Positions 1 through 22,554 of a stretch of DNA of 64,000 nt are shown here, one piece after another; the first letter of the stretch is position 1; each line of letters starts with the position of its first letter. The stretch spans positions 134,168,001-134,232,000 of the forward strand of contig OZ024745.1 of the NCBI GenBank assembly GCA_964016885.1, read 5' to 3'. The notes under the pieces are model-generated. The model was given only the letters and a program-made list of their open reading frames with translations. It made no database searches and was not told the DNA's origin. This stretch comes from Eledone cirrhosa (lineage: Eukaryota). The position numbers were made by a program, and so were the translations under genes.

Positions 1-3000
1 ACCAACCTATACACACATTGTACCGTGTCTACCACTCCCTCACACCAACCTATACACACATTTTACCGTGTCTACCACTCCCTCACACCAACCTATACAC
101 ACATTTTACCGTGACTACCACTCCCTCACACCAACCTATACACACATTTTACCGTGTCTACCACTCCCTCACACCAACCTATACACACATGTTACCGTGT
201 CTACCACTCCCTCACACCAACCTATACACACATTGTACCGTGTCTACCACTCCCTCACACCAACCTATACACACATGTTACCGTGTCTACCACTCCCTCA
301 CACCAACCTATACACACATTGTACCGTGTCTACCACTCCCTCACACCAACCTATACACACATGTTACCGTGTCTACCACTCCCTCACACCAACCTATACA
401 CACATTGTACCGTGTCTACCACTCCCTCACACCAACCTATACACACATGTTACCGTGACTACCACTCCCTCACACCAACCTATACACACATTGTACCGTG
501 TCTACCACTCCCTCACACCAACCTATACACACATGTTACCGTGACTACCACTCCCTCACACCAACCTAAACACACATGTTACCGTGTCTACCACTCCCTC
601 ACACCAACCTATACACACATTGTACCGTGTCTACCACTCCCTCACACCAACCTATACACACATGTTACCGTGACTACCACTCCCTCACACCAACCTATAC
701 ACACATTTTACCGTGTCTACCACTCCCTCACACCAACCTATACACACATGTTACCGTGTCTACCACTCCCTCACACCAACCTATACACACATTTTACCGT
801 GTCTACCACTCCCTCACACCAACCTATACACACATGTTACCGTGTCTACCACTCCCTCACACCAACCTATACACACATTTTACCGTGACTACCACTCCCT
901 CACACCAACCTATACACACATTTTACCGTGTCTACCACTCCCTCACACCAACCTATACACACATGTTACCGTGTCTACCACTCCCTCACACCAACCTATA
1001 CACACATGTTACCGTGACTACCACTCCCTCACACCAACCTATACACACATGTTACCGTGTCTACCACTCCACACCAACCTATACACACATTTTACCGTGT
1101 CTACCACTCCCTCACACCAACCTATACACACATGTTACCGTGTCTACCACTCTACACCAACCTATACACACATTTTACCGTGACTACCACTCCCTTACAC
1201 CAACCTATACACACATTTTACCGTGTCTACCACTCCCTCACACCAGCCTATACACACATTTTACCGTGTCTACCACTCCACACCAACCTATACACACATG
1301 TTACCATGTCTACCAGTCCCTTACACCAACCTATACACACATGTTACCGTGTCTACCACTCCCTCACACCAACCTATACACACGTTACCGTGTCTACCAC
1401 TCCCTCACACCAACCTATACACACATTTTACCGTGTCTACCACTCCACACCAACCTATACACACATGTTAACGTGTCTACCACTCCACACCAACCTATAC
1501 ACACATGTTACCGTGTCTACCACTCCCTCACACCAACCTATACACACATTTTACCGTGACTACCACTCCACACCAACCTATACACACATGTTACCGTGTC
1601 TACCACTCCACACCAACCTATACACACATGTTACCGTGTCTACCACTCCCTCACACCAACCTATACACACATTTTACCGTGTCTACCACTCCACACCAAC
1701 CTATACACACATGTTACCGTGTCTACCACTCCCTCACACCAACCTATACACACATTTTACCGTGTCTACCACTCCACACCAACCTATACACACATGTTAC
1801 CGTGTCTACCACTCCACACCAACCTATACACACATGTTACCGTGTCTACCACTCCCTCACACCAACCTATACACACATTTTACCGTGACTACCACTCCAC
1901 ACCAACCTATACACACATGTTACCGTGCCTACCACTCCCTCACACCAACCTATACACACATTTTACCGTGTCTACCACTCCCTTACACCAACCTATACAC
2001 ACATTTTACCGTGACTACCACTCCACACCAACCTATACACACATGTTACCGTTCAACCACTCCCTCACACCAACTTATACACACATGTTACCGTGTCTAC
2101 CACTACCTCACACCAACCTATACACACATTTTACCGTGACTACCACTCCACACCAACCTATACACACATGTTACCGTGTCTACCACTCCCTCACACCAAC
2201 CTATACACACACGTTACCATGTCTACCACTCCCTTACACCAACCTATACACACATTTTACCGTGTCTACCACTCCACACCAACCTATACACACGTTACCG
2301 TGTCTACCACTCCTTCACACCAACCTATACACACATGTTACCGTGTCTACCACTCCACACCAACCTATACACACATGTTACCGTGTCTACCACTCCACAC
2401 CAACCTATACACACATTTTACCGTGACTACCACTCCACACCAACCTATACACACATGTTACCGTGTCTACCACTCCACACCAACCTATACACACATTTTA
2501 CCGTGTCTACCACTCCACACCAACCTATACACACGTTACCGTGTCTACCACTCCTTCACACCAACCTATACACACATTTTACCGTGACTACCACTCCACA
2601 CCAACCTATACACACATGTTACCGTGTCTACCACTCCCTCACACCAACCTATACACACATTGTACCGTGTCTACCACTCCCTCACACCAACCTATACACA
2701 CATTTTACCGTGTCTACCACTCCACACCAACCTATACATACATTTTACAGTGTCTACCACTCCCTCACACCAAGCTATACACACATGTTACCGTGTCTAC
2801 CACTCCCTCACACCAACCTATACACACATTTTACCGTGTCTACCACTCCACACCAACCTATACACACATTTTACCGTGTCTACCACTCCACACCAACCTA
2901 TACACACATGTTACCGTGTCTACCACTCTACACCAACCTATACACACATTTTACCGTGACTACCACTCCACACCAACCTATACACACATGTTACCGTGTC

Positions 3001-4112
3001 TACCACTCTACACCAACCTATACACACATTTTACCGTGACTACCACTCCACACCAACCTATACACACATGTTACCGTGTCTACCACTCCACACCAACCTA
3101 TACACACATTTTACCGTGACTACCACTCCCTTACACCAACCTATACACACATTTTACCGTGTCTACCACTCCACACCAACCTATACACACATTTTACCGT
3201 GTCTACCACTCCCTCACACCAACCTATACACACATTTTACCGTGACTACCACTCCACACCAACCTATACACACATGTTACCGTGTCTACCACTCTACACC
3301 AACCTATACATACATGTTACCGTGTGTACCACTCCCTCACACCAACCTATACACACATGTTACCGTGTCTACCACTCCCTCACACCAACCTATACACACG
3401 TTACCGTGTCTACCACTCCCTCACACCAACCTATACACACATGTTACCGTGTCTACCACTCCCTCACACCAACCTATACACACATGTTACCGTGTCTACC
3501 ACTCCACACCAACCTATACACACATGTTACCGTGTCTACCACTCCCTCACACCAACCTATACACACGTTACCGTGTCTACTACTCACTCACACCAACCTA
3601 TACACATGTTACCGTGTCTACCACTCCCTCACACCAACCTATACACACGTTACCGTGTCTACCACTCCCTCACACCAACCTATACACATGTTACCGTGTC
3701 TACCACTCCCTCACACCAACCTATACACACATGTTACCGTGTCTACCACTCCCTCACACCAACCTATACACACGTTACCGTGTCTACCACTCCCTCACAC
3801 CAACCTATACACACATTTTACCGTGTCTACCACTCCCTCACACCAACCTATACACACGTTACCGTGTCTACCACTCACTCACACCAACCTATACACACAT
3901 TTTACCGTGTCTACCACTCCCTCACACCAACCTATACACATGTTACCGTGTCTACCACTCCCTCACACCAACCTATACACACATTTTACCGTGTCTACCA
4001 CTCCCTCACACCAACCTATACACACGTTACCGTGTCTACCACTCACTCACACCAACCTATACACACATTTTACCGTGTCTACCACTCCCTCACACCAACC
4101 TATACACACATT
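1..4112. repeat. Minisatellite, 43-bp unit ACCAACCTATACACACAT(G/T)TTACCGTGTCTACCACTCCCTCAC with 40- and 41-bp variants; runs off the window start
   Basis: Unit read directly from the sequence; it repeats continuously to about 4112. The overlapping ORFs in all three + frames are the same repeat. Confidence 0.98.
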
Positions 4113-5853
4113 TAATCACCTTTTTTTTTCTCTAAATTCAATACGTAACAGAATTTTACAAGGTGTGTAAGCTTGGACGAATAAGCACGTGACTTGGCTA
4201 TAAAATGAAATCAAGTAGAATCCTAATAAGATGTGAAATCCTGATCTTCCAGTTGCTAATCACGAAATCTCTTTAACTTGGATTTAGTATTAAAATATCT
4301 TCAGCAAGACTAAGTATTTTTACATGCATAAAATGTATTACTTTCTAAGTTGTATAGTATAATGTATACTTACGCACTCGCGAATTTATTACATTGCTTC
4401 GAATTTCTTCCACATCTGTACCTATCACAGATATAGTGTAATTTAACAAGAAAATTCAGAGGATTGTGCCAACACCTACACAATTTTTACTACTGCATTC
4501 AATCAGTTTTTCGTTTTCACTTTTTCATTCGAATTCTTTCTTTTTTTTTTCTTTTTTTATTATCGCACAACCAACACCGGTATTCTTCAAACGTATTCTC
4601 AGCAAAAGTCGTGACGTTTCACCAGATAACCTGCTAGAAGTTGGAATGAAAAAGAAAAAAAATACTAATATGAAATCAGTTTTCAAAATAAAAATAAAAT
4701 GATATATCTACAGTTTATCTGGAATACTAAAGTAATGCATTAATTAAACGTGTCGAGAGATCGAAGTAAAGACATTGCATTTTTCCGTGTGTTTGTTTTT
4801 TTAGTTGCCTGCAGTTTTACAGCGTTTTTAATAAACACAGTGAGGAACTGGTTAAGAATCTCGATCATGTGCAAATGAAATAGAATTAACAGCATACTTT
4901 CAATTTATCATTGTCAAAACCTAACAGATTGGCATTTAATAATCCTTACTACAGCAGCGATCAATGTAAAGTACCACTTCCTGGTAAGTGGTAACTTCCA
5001 ACCTGTTTCGTTTCTCACTTTATTTTTAATGATTCTAAAATGGGTTCATTTCAAACACTAATAACATAGAATATTTTTTTCTCTCTACAAGATTTATAGG
5101 GGAGAACAGATATAAGGAATTGTGTTGCTAGTAAAGGTTATGTTTCAGCTATATAGGTTTCGATTATTTGGTGTCATTTTTTTTGGGGGGGGGGGGGGTA
5201 TAACACGTGGTCATGTGTGTTGCTGTTAACTCTTGCAGAGCCCCAAGAAAACACGTCCTGTTCGGAAGATTGACGTACTGGACAGAATATAGCAAACATT
5301 TGCTCTAAACTAAAGACTTTCATTTTTAATGTGATTCAGTCATAGTTCTGTATGTTTTAAGAATACGGCGCTAAAGGGGTTTCATGTGGTGCAGGTCGCT
5401 AACATTTAGCATGTGTAGAAAAAGCATGGATGTTACAAGTTATATATTGAACTCTCATTGATTTGTTGATATAGGTTATTTTAACCAAGGAAAGAAATCA
5501 TTGTTCTTTAATCAATATATATCTTTTGTTTCTTTGATTTTCTTCTATAACACAGTTTAATGTTATTGCAATTTTCTTTATTGTGCAAGCGCCAGCGAAT
5601 GATCATAAACTTCCGCAACGAAACTTTAAATCTATGGACTTCTTTATTTTAATTACGCTTCATACCTGCAATTTCCTGTCTTATTCAGATGGGAAATGTG
5701 TAAATTTGCCCTCGGCACGAACCATTAAGTGTTACTGGAAGTGTTTACTTCATTGAATTAGATTGAACTACTATAAATTATAAATACTATTTTGTTGACC
5801 ATTGTGACCGACGTTTATATAAAATTAGATTTTTATTGATTGATTATATTGTA

Positions 5854-6612
5854 TGTGTATCTCTATAAGATCACTACCTTAACTCATATCTTACCTCTAT
5901 AATTGACTGTCGATGCTGTGTATCTCTACAATATCACTACCTTAACTCATATGTTACCTCTATAATTGACTGTCGATGCTGTGTATCTCTACAATATCAC
6001 TACCTTAACTCATATGTTACCGCTATAATTGACTGTCGATGCTGTGTATCTCTATAATATCACTACCTTAACTCATATCTTACCTCTATAACTGACTATG
6101 GATGCTGTATATCTCTATAATATCACTACCTTAACTCATATGTTACATCTATAACTGATTGTCGATGCTGTATATCTCTATAATATCACTACCTTAACTC
6201 ATATGTTACATCTATAACTGATTGTCGATGCTGTGTATCTCTATAATATCACTACCTTAACTCATATGTTACCTCTATAATTGACTGTCGATGCTGTGTA
6301 TCTCTATAATATCACTACCTTAACTCATATGTTACCTCTATAACTGACTGTGGATGCTGTGTATCTCTATAATATCACTACCTTAACTCATATGTTACCG
6401 CTATAACTGACTATGGATGCTGTGTATCTCTATAATATCACTACCTTAACTCATATGTTACCTCTATAACTGACTATGGATGCTGTGTATTTCTATAATA
6501 TCACTACCTTAACTCATATGTTACCTCTATAACTGACTGTGGATGCTGTGTATCTCTATAATATCACTACCTTAACTCATATGTTACCTCTATAACTGAC
6601 TGTCGATGCTGT
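5854..6612. repeat. Minisatellite, 63-bp unit, about 12 copies
   Basis: AACTCATAT recurs at 5881, 5944 and onward (period 63). The unit has stop codons in all six frames. Confidence 0.95.
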
Positions 6613-7699
6613 CCAAATAGATTCCATTCGTGTGAATATTTGACATAAACTTAGCAAACAAACAGCATTAGGTCTTTGTAAATCTTGCATTGAAGTATTT
6701 ATTGTTACGATAACTGCTGCTGTCAGTGATTAAATACATTTAATCCGTACAAATCTAACCTCCAGTCGTGTTGGTTTTATGTAACCCAGATGATTCTGGC
6801 TTAGATTATCTCAATTCTTGTCAAAGGAAAATCGCAACGGTTGACATTCCATTAAACTTATATGTCTATTTTCGTACAAACATTAATCGTATGGAAATTC
6901 ATTAGAAACAAAAGTTTCAGTCTAACCAGCTGCTTGCTCAGTGTTAACATCAGTTGTACAAAACTCTATTTACAGTCGCGAAGCTCTTTCACCTTGTTCT
7001 TTTCATCATCCAATCATCGTGTGAGGACATAATGTGGGTGAGATGATGTAAGGTTTTATTTGTAGATAGCAAATGCGGCTGGTGATGTGACACTAGAAAT
7101 ATTTGAGTTAACCACATATATATTTATTACCAAAATTATGAAAATGAATACAGAGTTAACGAATATGAACTCTCCAGAACTGAACCTATAAAACTTATAT
7201 ATTCTTTATAAACTCATTAGCTTGATGTTTATTTTACTGTTAATTCATTTCTTTTTTAAGATGGTGGAATGGTAGGAACAGAACAACGGAAAAAATTTCT
7301 TACGTGCCGTGTTCAAATATTTTCTGTTTTCGCCTCTGCCTTTAATTCCTCTACGATCAATAAGATATAAGAATATCAGTTGTGTATTGAATTTGATTCA
7401 CTTGACTTTAACCCAACCATGCTGTGTGTTCATGTAGCTATATAGCACGGCTTTAGTAAGGATTTCTTTTGATAAGAGTAATTTTCCTAAACTTATAGTT
7501 GATTGGACCAAATTTGTTATATGTATGGATGGATCCGCAACTGGTGGATTCGTAAGGGCGCCGTCATGGCATACAGTACATTAAATCTGTTAGTGCACAT
7601 TAAACCTGGTGGAGCCCATTCCCTTTCTATGTCGGAACACAACCGATCTCTTCAAGAGAAAGAGTGAGAGACTGAATCGACCCCAAAACTGGACTGGGA

Positions 7700-7830
7700 C
7701 ATGTTTTTTCATCGACCTCGAAAGGATGAAAGACAAAGTTGACCACGGCGGAATTCGAACTCAGAGAGCAGAGACCCAGAACGAATACCGCAAAGCATTC
7801 TACCCGATGTTTGAACGACTCCTGTAATAT
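7700..7830 (-). mobile_element. Diverged copy of the tRNA-derived SINE
   Basis: ATCGACCTCGAAAGGATGAAAGACAAAGTTGACC...GAATTCGAACTCAGA is the reverse complement of the SINE core at 9226-9410. Confidence 0.7.
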
Positions 7831-8409
7831 GTTGCCGCTTATATAATTGTCTCCAACATGTTTTGAACTGAGAGAGTCGTGTACAAAATTCGCTACAGTA
7901 ATACATCTAGTCTAATTAATTACTATTTTGGTACATTTCTCCGCTCTGAACAACATAGTTGAAACATGAGCCAACGATGAGGGCTCTATGTGATCACTCG
8001 ACCTATTAAACAGCCAAATCATATTCTATCATATTAAGAAACGGATAGAAGACATGTAATTTTACATACTCATAAAAGGGCTAAATGTTCACGACTGAAA
8101 TCCCATGGATTATACAGTAGGTCAGCCCTATGATCCAGAGATTTCACATCTTCTTTACAAATTCCCTTCATTATAAAAAGAATTATTCCGATTGAGTCAC
8201 TAACAAAATATATTATAGTTTCAAAATTGAAACAGTTCTAGCAATTCTTTGTCAACAAATTTGATTATTTCAAAAGCTATATATAGTGCAGATAATCAAG
8301 ATGCTTATCTGTGGAGGTTACGATGTACAGTCACGAGGATAAACTGGTTTAAGCACTTCACGTCAGCTAAATGTTGGTGATTTGGGGTGACGGAGTTTTC
8401 ATTTATGAA

Positions 8410-8487
8410 ATGTTGTTAAGACAAGGTGTAACTCACAACCTTTCGATTGCAAGCCCAATGCTCTAACCACTAAGCCATCCGCCTTCA
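8410..8487 (-). mobile_element. 5' fragment of a second tRNA-derived SINE family (same as 43295-43435)
   Basis: AACTCACAACCTTTCGATTGCAAGCCCAATGCTCTAAC is shared with about 43376-43415; reverse-complement A/B-box-like head. Confidence 0.65.
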
Positions 8488-8589
8488 CTAATTGTAAATA
8501 GGGATATTTTAATGAGATAAATAAACATTACTGTAACAAACATTATGTATGTGTGTCTATGTATGTGTATGTATGTGTGTAAATATGTA

Positions 8590-9140
8590 TGACGTCCGAA
8601 CGAGTGTCCACCACCTCCAACAGTCTTACCCTCCACTTCTTGGTCCCGGCCGACAGGATGGGGAATACATTGCCCCGGGGGACGGTCAGGGAAATGCGCT
8701 GGAACAGCTACTCCACCTCGTGGGACTCGCATCTGTGGGTGGCCAACTCCGCCCCGATAGCAGTGAGAGGTGATGTGGTCCGGGGGCCAAGAATGTCGGA
8801 AGTCTCCACTGCTACAAGGCTCTACCACAAACTTATCAGGGAGCAGCCGATTCTTGAACAGTTTACCGTCTTTGGCTTGACGGGCAATGAAGCCTGGACT
8901 GGTGGCTGGAAGTTGCCGCTAGAGAAGGTGTCACAGCATGTAGCATCCCAAATAAGAGGCCTTCACCCGCAGACTGGAAGATTGTCATTCCATCTAGCCT
9001 TTTACCGTCCGCTGGGTCCACTCCCGCTGGTTTCAGCTGGAAAAAGATGCCTGCGCCGTCCCGGTCATGCTTTATGAACTCATTGAGAGTAGCAAGGCCT
9101 GTGAGGTGACCAGCACTGTAACTTCTGTGGTGGGGAAACC
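8590..9140 (-). mobile_element. CRE-clade non-LTR retrotransposon, decayed 3' fragment (restriction-like endonuclease region)
   Basis: Minus strand reads ESHEVE*LFQRISLTVPRGN, homologous to WLFQSISLTILRGN of the CRE copy at about 63710 and WLFQHLSLAITRDN at about 60320. GC-rich island with stops. Confidence 0.75.
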
Positions 9141-9225
9141 AATGGTTTCAGGACTTTATACTAATAACTCAGTTGCTAATATTTCTGGCAATACATAGTA
9201 ATATTTTACTTACATTATTTACCTA

Positions 9226-9410
9226 GGGCGGTGGATTGGCAGTATCGGTAGAGGGTCAGACACCATGCTTTCCAGCATAGTTACGTCCCTTTACGATCTG
9301 AGTTCAAATCCCGCCGAGGTTGACTTTGCCTTTCATCCTTACGGGGTCGATAAAATAAAGTACCAGTAATACACTGGATAATTGCTGGCCTTGTGCCAAA
9401 AGTAGAAACA
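9226..9410 (+). mobile_element. Full-length tRNA-derived SINE with 11-bp target-site duplication
   Basis: A-box-like TGGCAGTATCGGTAG, B-box GAGTTCAAATCCC, core GACTTTGCCTTTCATCCTTACGGGGTCGATAAAATAAAGTACCAG. ATTATTTACCT lies at both 9214-9224 and 9411-9421. Confidence 0.9.
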
Positions 9411-10339
9411 ATTATTTACCTTGTACTTTACAACACTTGATAAAGAAGAGACAACCTGATTGGTTTGGAAATGACTTGTTTTAACTGAAATACAGAAAGT
9501 AATCATGCTTTTGAATCGGGAAATTTATGTTTTTAGCACAGAACAATCATTGGTTTATTGTTGAGCCTATTTCTCCCAAAAGACCCATGTTGAGAAGAAT
9601 TCTAATGTAACAGCATAATCAGACATATGTTCTTTTTTATGTTACGCTTTAAAACTTATGTTAATAGCAGCTTAGAGTTAGGATGTTTCTTCATTTTTTC
9701 TCTCTTTTATTCGAACTTAATCCAGATAAATGACCTCAGAAATTTGAAAGGACATCTTAACTGGCTCTTGTCGATGATAGAGTTTCTGTAGAATATTAAC
9801 TCTATCTCGTGTTCACCGGCTATATAATTATGTTGCTTTCAGTCTGCCAATACAAGTCTCATATCAGAATTTTCCAATATGTTTGAAATTAACGAAAGCA
9901 GTTGATGATAAATTGGATTTTATTTTCGCCATGAGACCTCATTTCAGTTTTCTGTGTTCTTATCGGGTTTCTAAAAAATATCTTTGATGTTTTACGACTC
10001 TGTCTCGCAGAAACGTTCGGCAAATAGGTACCGCCAGCAATAAATGGATAGATAAGTCAGTTATCCAAGTGATTAGTATGCACATTCTTGGGTTTACACA
10101 CATACATAGTACAATTTAAATAATCGGTCCCTGATAACTCCTGTATTCAGAAACTACTTCTTAACTTTCATAAAATATTGATTATTGACTTTTTGTTTTC
10201 CGTTTTTCATATCCCAGAATTATTGGGAGCAGAAGATTTAGATTGTGTCATTCTTCAAAGTAACTAGTAACATTAGAAAAGTGAATTATTTTCGACCTAT
10301 TGTTGAAATCTATTTTACAAAATTAGGTCATCAGTGTCT

Positions 10340-10640
10340 TTGGGCGTAAGTACAACTGTGTTGTTAAGAAATTCTCTTCGTAATCATGTGGTCCTGGGTT
10401 CGATCCCACACCATGGCATATTGGGGAAGTGCCATTACCTCAATCTCGAGTCGACCCAAGCCATATGAGGGGAACTGGGAAAACAGAAATTGTGTGTGTG
10501 TGTGGAAGCATGTGATATGGATTGTACCTGTAATTCAAAGGTCCAATCGTGTCAGATATTTTGTGACGCTGATTCGGCTTGCAAGAGTACACGTATCAGT
10601 GGCAGACTCGACCCCTTACCTGTTAAGTTCTGAGCTACAC
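10340..10640 (+). mobile_element. Diverged tRNA-derived SINE (another family)
   Basis: B-box GGTTCGATCCC at about 10397 preceded by a TGTGTTGTTAAG A-box-like segment; body decayed. Confidence 0.55.
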
Positions 10641-11671
10641 ATTCAGTTAATCAAATATTTGAATACTCATCATCGAATCCGACAGAAGATTAATTATATT
10701 TATTTTGAAAGCATTTTATCACCAAATTCTTGATAAATTGGATTTTATTTTCACCAAGAGACTTCATTTCAGATTTTGTGTAGTGACGTCTGCAGCTGTT
10801 TCTAGTATATGTTGGATTGAAGATGGTTGATATGGTACCGGATACGTAACTAATAGACTAACCTATCCTGCGGTCATCACTAAAGTCATGTCTCATTAAA
10901 AGACTTCACTCTCAAAAGCTGAATTCAAGTAAACCTTTGTAATTTTTGTCGGGTAGCTTAGTTTGCTCCTGTAAACTGTAGCATCTGCCTTTCGTTATCC
11001 TTAATATGTTGTTAATCTGAAGAAAACAATTGGAAACAATTTAACTGTAACTCTTTGTTGAATGCCTACATGGAAATTGGGTGGGTGTTTGGCTCTGAAT
11101 AAATGACTCAATAGTTTCAATATCAAGCAACCAATGAACATATGTATAGCAATTCATGTAGGAAATGATATATTGAACGACATACATAAATTCTTAATGA
11201 TCTGAAAGTTGACTCTTAAGAAAGGAAACACAACCGTCTGGTAATTGTCAGCAACTCACAAACGAAGAAGGGAGAGAATTTCAATAAATCAGTTTCACTA
11301 ATTAAGCCTGCTTTGCTCAGTAGACATAAATAAATAATTACGAAGATTTGTGACTAAAAACAGCAACATATGAACTTATTTGATTTACTAAATTTTAATA
11401 GATATTTTGTTGACGCAATCATCATAACATTCCACAGTTTTCTGAGAGCTTTACGTCATTATATAATATTGTTATATCGAATGGACTGCTCTAGAATTAT
11501 AACACTTACTACTACTTTCACAAATGTAAGTACTTTAAACATTTGAAGTAATTGCAATTGGTATTACAGTACTGGTGACATAGAAAAACTTAAAAAGAGA
11601 GAAAGGGGGCGTAAAATAGATGAACATACAAAACTAGCGAATATATATATGTATGTGTGTGTGTATATATA

Positions 11672-11728
<57 letters not shown>

Positions 11729-11854
11729 ATATATATGTGTGTGTGTGTATATATGTGTGTGTGTATATATATGTGTGTGTGTATATATATATATGTGTGT
11801 ATATATATGTATATATATGTATATATATATGTATATATATGTATATATATATAT

Positions 11855-12145
11855 TTCTTTTCAATGGCTGACAATACCTTACCGGCGCCACTCGAATAAG
11901 TGACACAGAGGAGACTGAGGTTGGCTGGACATGCTCACTGACATCCAGAGTTGACATTGCACTCAGTGCTCCTTTGGGAGCCCCTACATGGACACACTAG
12001 AAGAGGAAGACCAAGGTTAACATATGTTGATGCCCTAAGGACAGACACTGGTCTGTTGGAGATGCAGGATATGGCAGCGATAATGAGGGACAGAGACCGC
12101 TGGAGAGAACTCGTCCATGGATCTCGGGAATTTTACTCGCCTTAG
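11855..12145 (+). mobile_element. RTE-clade LINE, 3' fragment
   Basis: Reads RLRLAGHA...[29 protein letters not shown]...MRDRDRWR, the typical RTE ORF2 C-terminus, and ends in a (TAGA)n/(TA)n tail. Confidence 0.8.
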
Positions 12146-12214
12146 ATAGATAGATATATATATGTATATATATATATATATGTATATATATGTATATATA
12201 TATGTATATATATG

Positions 12215-12246
<32 letters not shown>

Positions 12247-12280
12247 TGTGTATATATATGTATATATATGTATATATATG

Positions 12281-12311
<31 letters not shown>

Positions 12312-12318
12312 GTGTATA

Positions 12319-12412
<94 letters not shown>

Positions 12413-12429
12413 TATATGAAAAAGTAAGT

Positions 12430-12500
12430 CCTTCATCAGTGGCCCTCCAACCGTCCTAGGCATTTCCTCGCTTTAAGGGCCATATACTCCAGGTTGGTGC
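12430..12500 (-). ncRNA. Structured RNA motif A: pseudoknotted, permuted hammerhead-like element
   Basis: GCA-CCAACC-TGGAGTAT-A-TGGCCCT-TAAAGCGAG-GAAA-TGCC-TAGGAC-GGTTGG-AGGGCCA-CTGATGA-AGG. Aligns without gaps and with compensatory changes to 56088-56158. Confidence 0.6.
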
Positions 12501-12642
12501 GAACAACGGCTAAAAAAAGTCGTTGGGACACGTAAATAAAGGGGACGCTAGGGTGAACAAACAAAATGGTTTAAGCAACAGAAAGTGAGAAGAAAGAGAC
12601 AAGTCCCAGATTTCTATGAATATAAACTCGGTGAAATCGTGG

Positions 12643-12677
<35 letters not shown>

Positions 12678-12702
12678 GTATATATATATATATATGTGTA
12701 TA

Positions 12703-12753
<51 letters not shown>

Positions 12754-12758
12754 GTATA

Positions 12759-12901
<143 letters not shown>

Positions 12902-12920
12902 GTATATGTATATATATATG

Positions 12921-13007
<87 letters not shown>

Positions 13008-13078
13008 GTATATATATGTATATATATGTATATATATGTATATATATGTATATATATGTATATATATATATATGTATA

Positions 13079-14130
<1,052 letters not shown>

Positions 14131-14134
14131 TTAG

Positions 14135-15327
14135 GGCCCATGCTGGGGCACCGCCCTTGTTGCTACACATTTTATCTCCAGCCTGTATAGGTTGGCCACT
14201 GGCGTAAGAGGGAGTTTGTTGCTGCTGCCCTTAGGTTTCCCTCATGTCTTGCTGTGGGCTCATCCGGGATCCTGGATAACAAGGTGTCGAGATGTTTCTT
14301 GAAGACATCCACCTGCACGTCATGCAAGTCTCTCAGCTCCCTCGGCAGCCTGTTGAAGAGTTGAGGGCCCTTGAATCCCAGGCTATTGCAATACCTGCTC
14401 CTTATTCTAGATGTGGAAGACGGACCTTTGGCACCACACAGTGACGTCCTGTTCGACGGTTGGTCCAGCTCCCAATGCCAAAGTTTGGTGCTAGTCCCTC
14501 CAGGATTTTCCACATGTAGATCGTTGCGTATCTCTCCCGTCTTCGCTCCAAGGAGTAGAGGTTCAGTTCCTTTAGCCTCTCCCAGTAGCTTGTCTCCCTC
14601 ATCTTGGCAATCCTCTTGGTGTAGCTTCGCTGGATTGCCTCAAGCTCCGTGGTTAGTTTGACACTATGGGGTGACCACAACTGGGAGCAGTAGTCCAGGC
14701 GGCTTAGGACAAATGTCCTCCATAGTGTCAACATGGTGTCTCGATCTCTTGTTCGGAAAGTCCTCAAGATGCGGCCGGCGAGTCGTCTGCACATTGTCGC
14801 CACTTTCATGATGTGTGAAGAAAAAGATGCATCATCGCTCATGTCTATGCCCAGGTCTCGTATCGATTTTGACACGGGGATATCGGTCCCTCCTGGTCCT
14901 GTGTAGTTGTGTTCCACTATATTTGTGTTTGCAGGTTTGTATTGTAGGGCTTGGAATTTGCCAGCATTAAACTGCATGTTGTTTTCTTCCGCCCATTTGT
15001 ATATGGCATCCAGATCCTGCTGTAAAAGGGCAGCGTCATCCGGGTTTTTGATTGCCTGTGCTACCTTAGTGTCATCAGCATAGCTAGTGAGGGATGTTGT
15101 TGTATGCACTACAGAGGGCATGTCTGAGAGAGCTACCAAAAACAGTAGTGGTCCCAGGACTGTCCCCTGGGGCACCCCACTTGTTATTGGTGTTTCCCTC
15201 GAGAGGGCCCCATTTGCAGCGACTGCCTGGATTCTGTCCCTTAGGAAGCCATGCAGCCACTTACCTACTTTTCCAGTTATGCCGAGTCCGTGTAGTTTGT
15301 GACATATCATTCCGTGGTCGACCTTGT
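14135..15327 (-). mobile_element. CR1/L2-like LINE, 5'-truncated reverse transcriptase and 3' end
   Basis: ORF 14402-15310 has [25 protein letters not shown] and [10 protein letters not shown]; a frameshifted C-terminus (GPQLFNRLP...FKKHLD) is in ORF 14172-14513. Confidence 0.92.

Positions 15328-22554
<7,227 letters not shown>

Noticed and set aside
18-4170. Many long H/T/P/Y-rich ORFs
   Set aside because: They are translations of a 43-bp repeat with few stops on the + strand. The same peptide cycles through all three frames because the unit is not a multiple of 3.
5854-6612. 63-bp repeat as a coding 21-aa repeat or a CRISPR array
   Set aside because: Stops in all six frames; the units are contiguous with no unique spacers; eukaryotic context and no cas genes.
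9226-9320. tRNA gene (A/B boxes)
   Set aside because: No cloverleaf; it is the head of a multi-copy SINE with target-site duplications.
12430-12500. Motif A/B read as a twister, pistol, SECIS or C/D-box snoRNA
   Set aside because: Partial resemblances (UAA, GCG, UGAUGA) exist, but I could not fit the required helices and conserved residues in both copies. A formal Rfam search is still needed.
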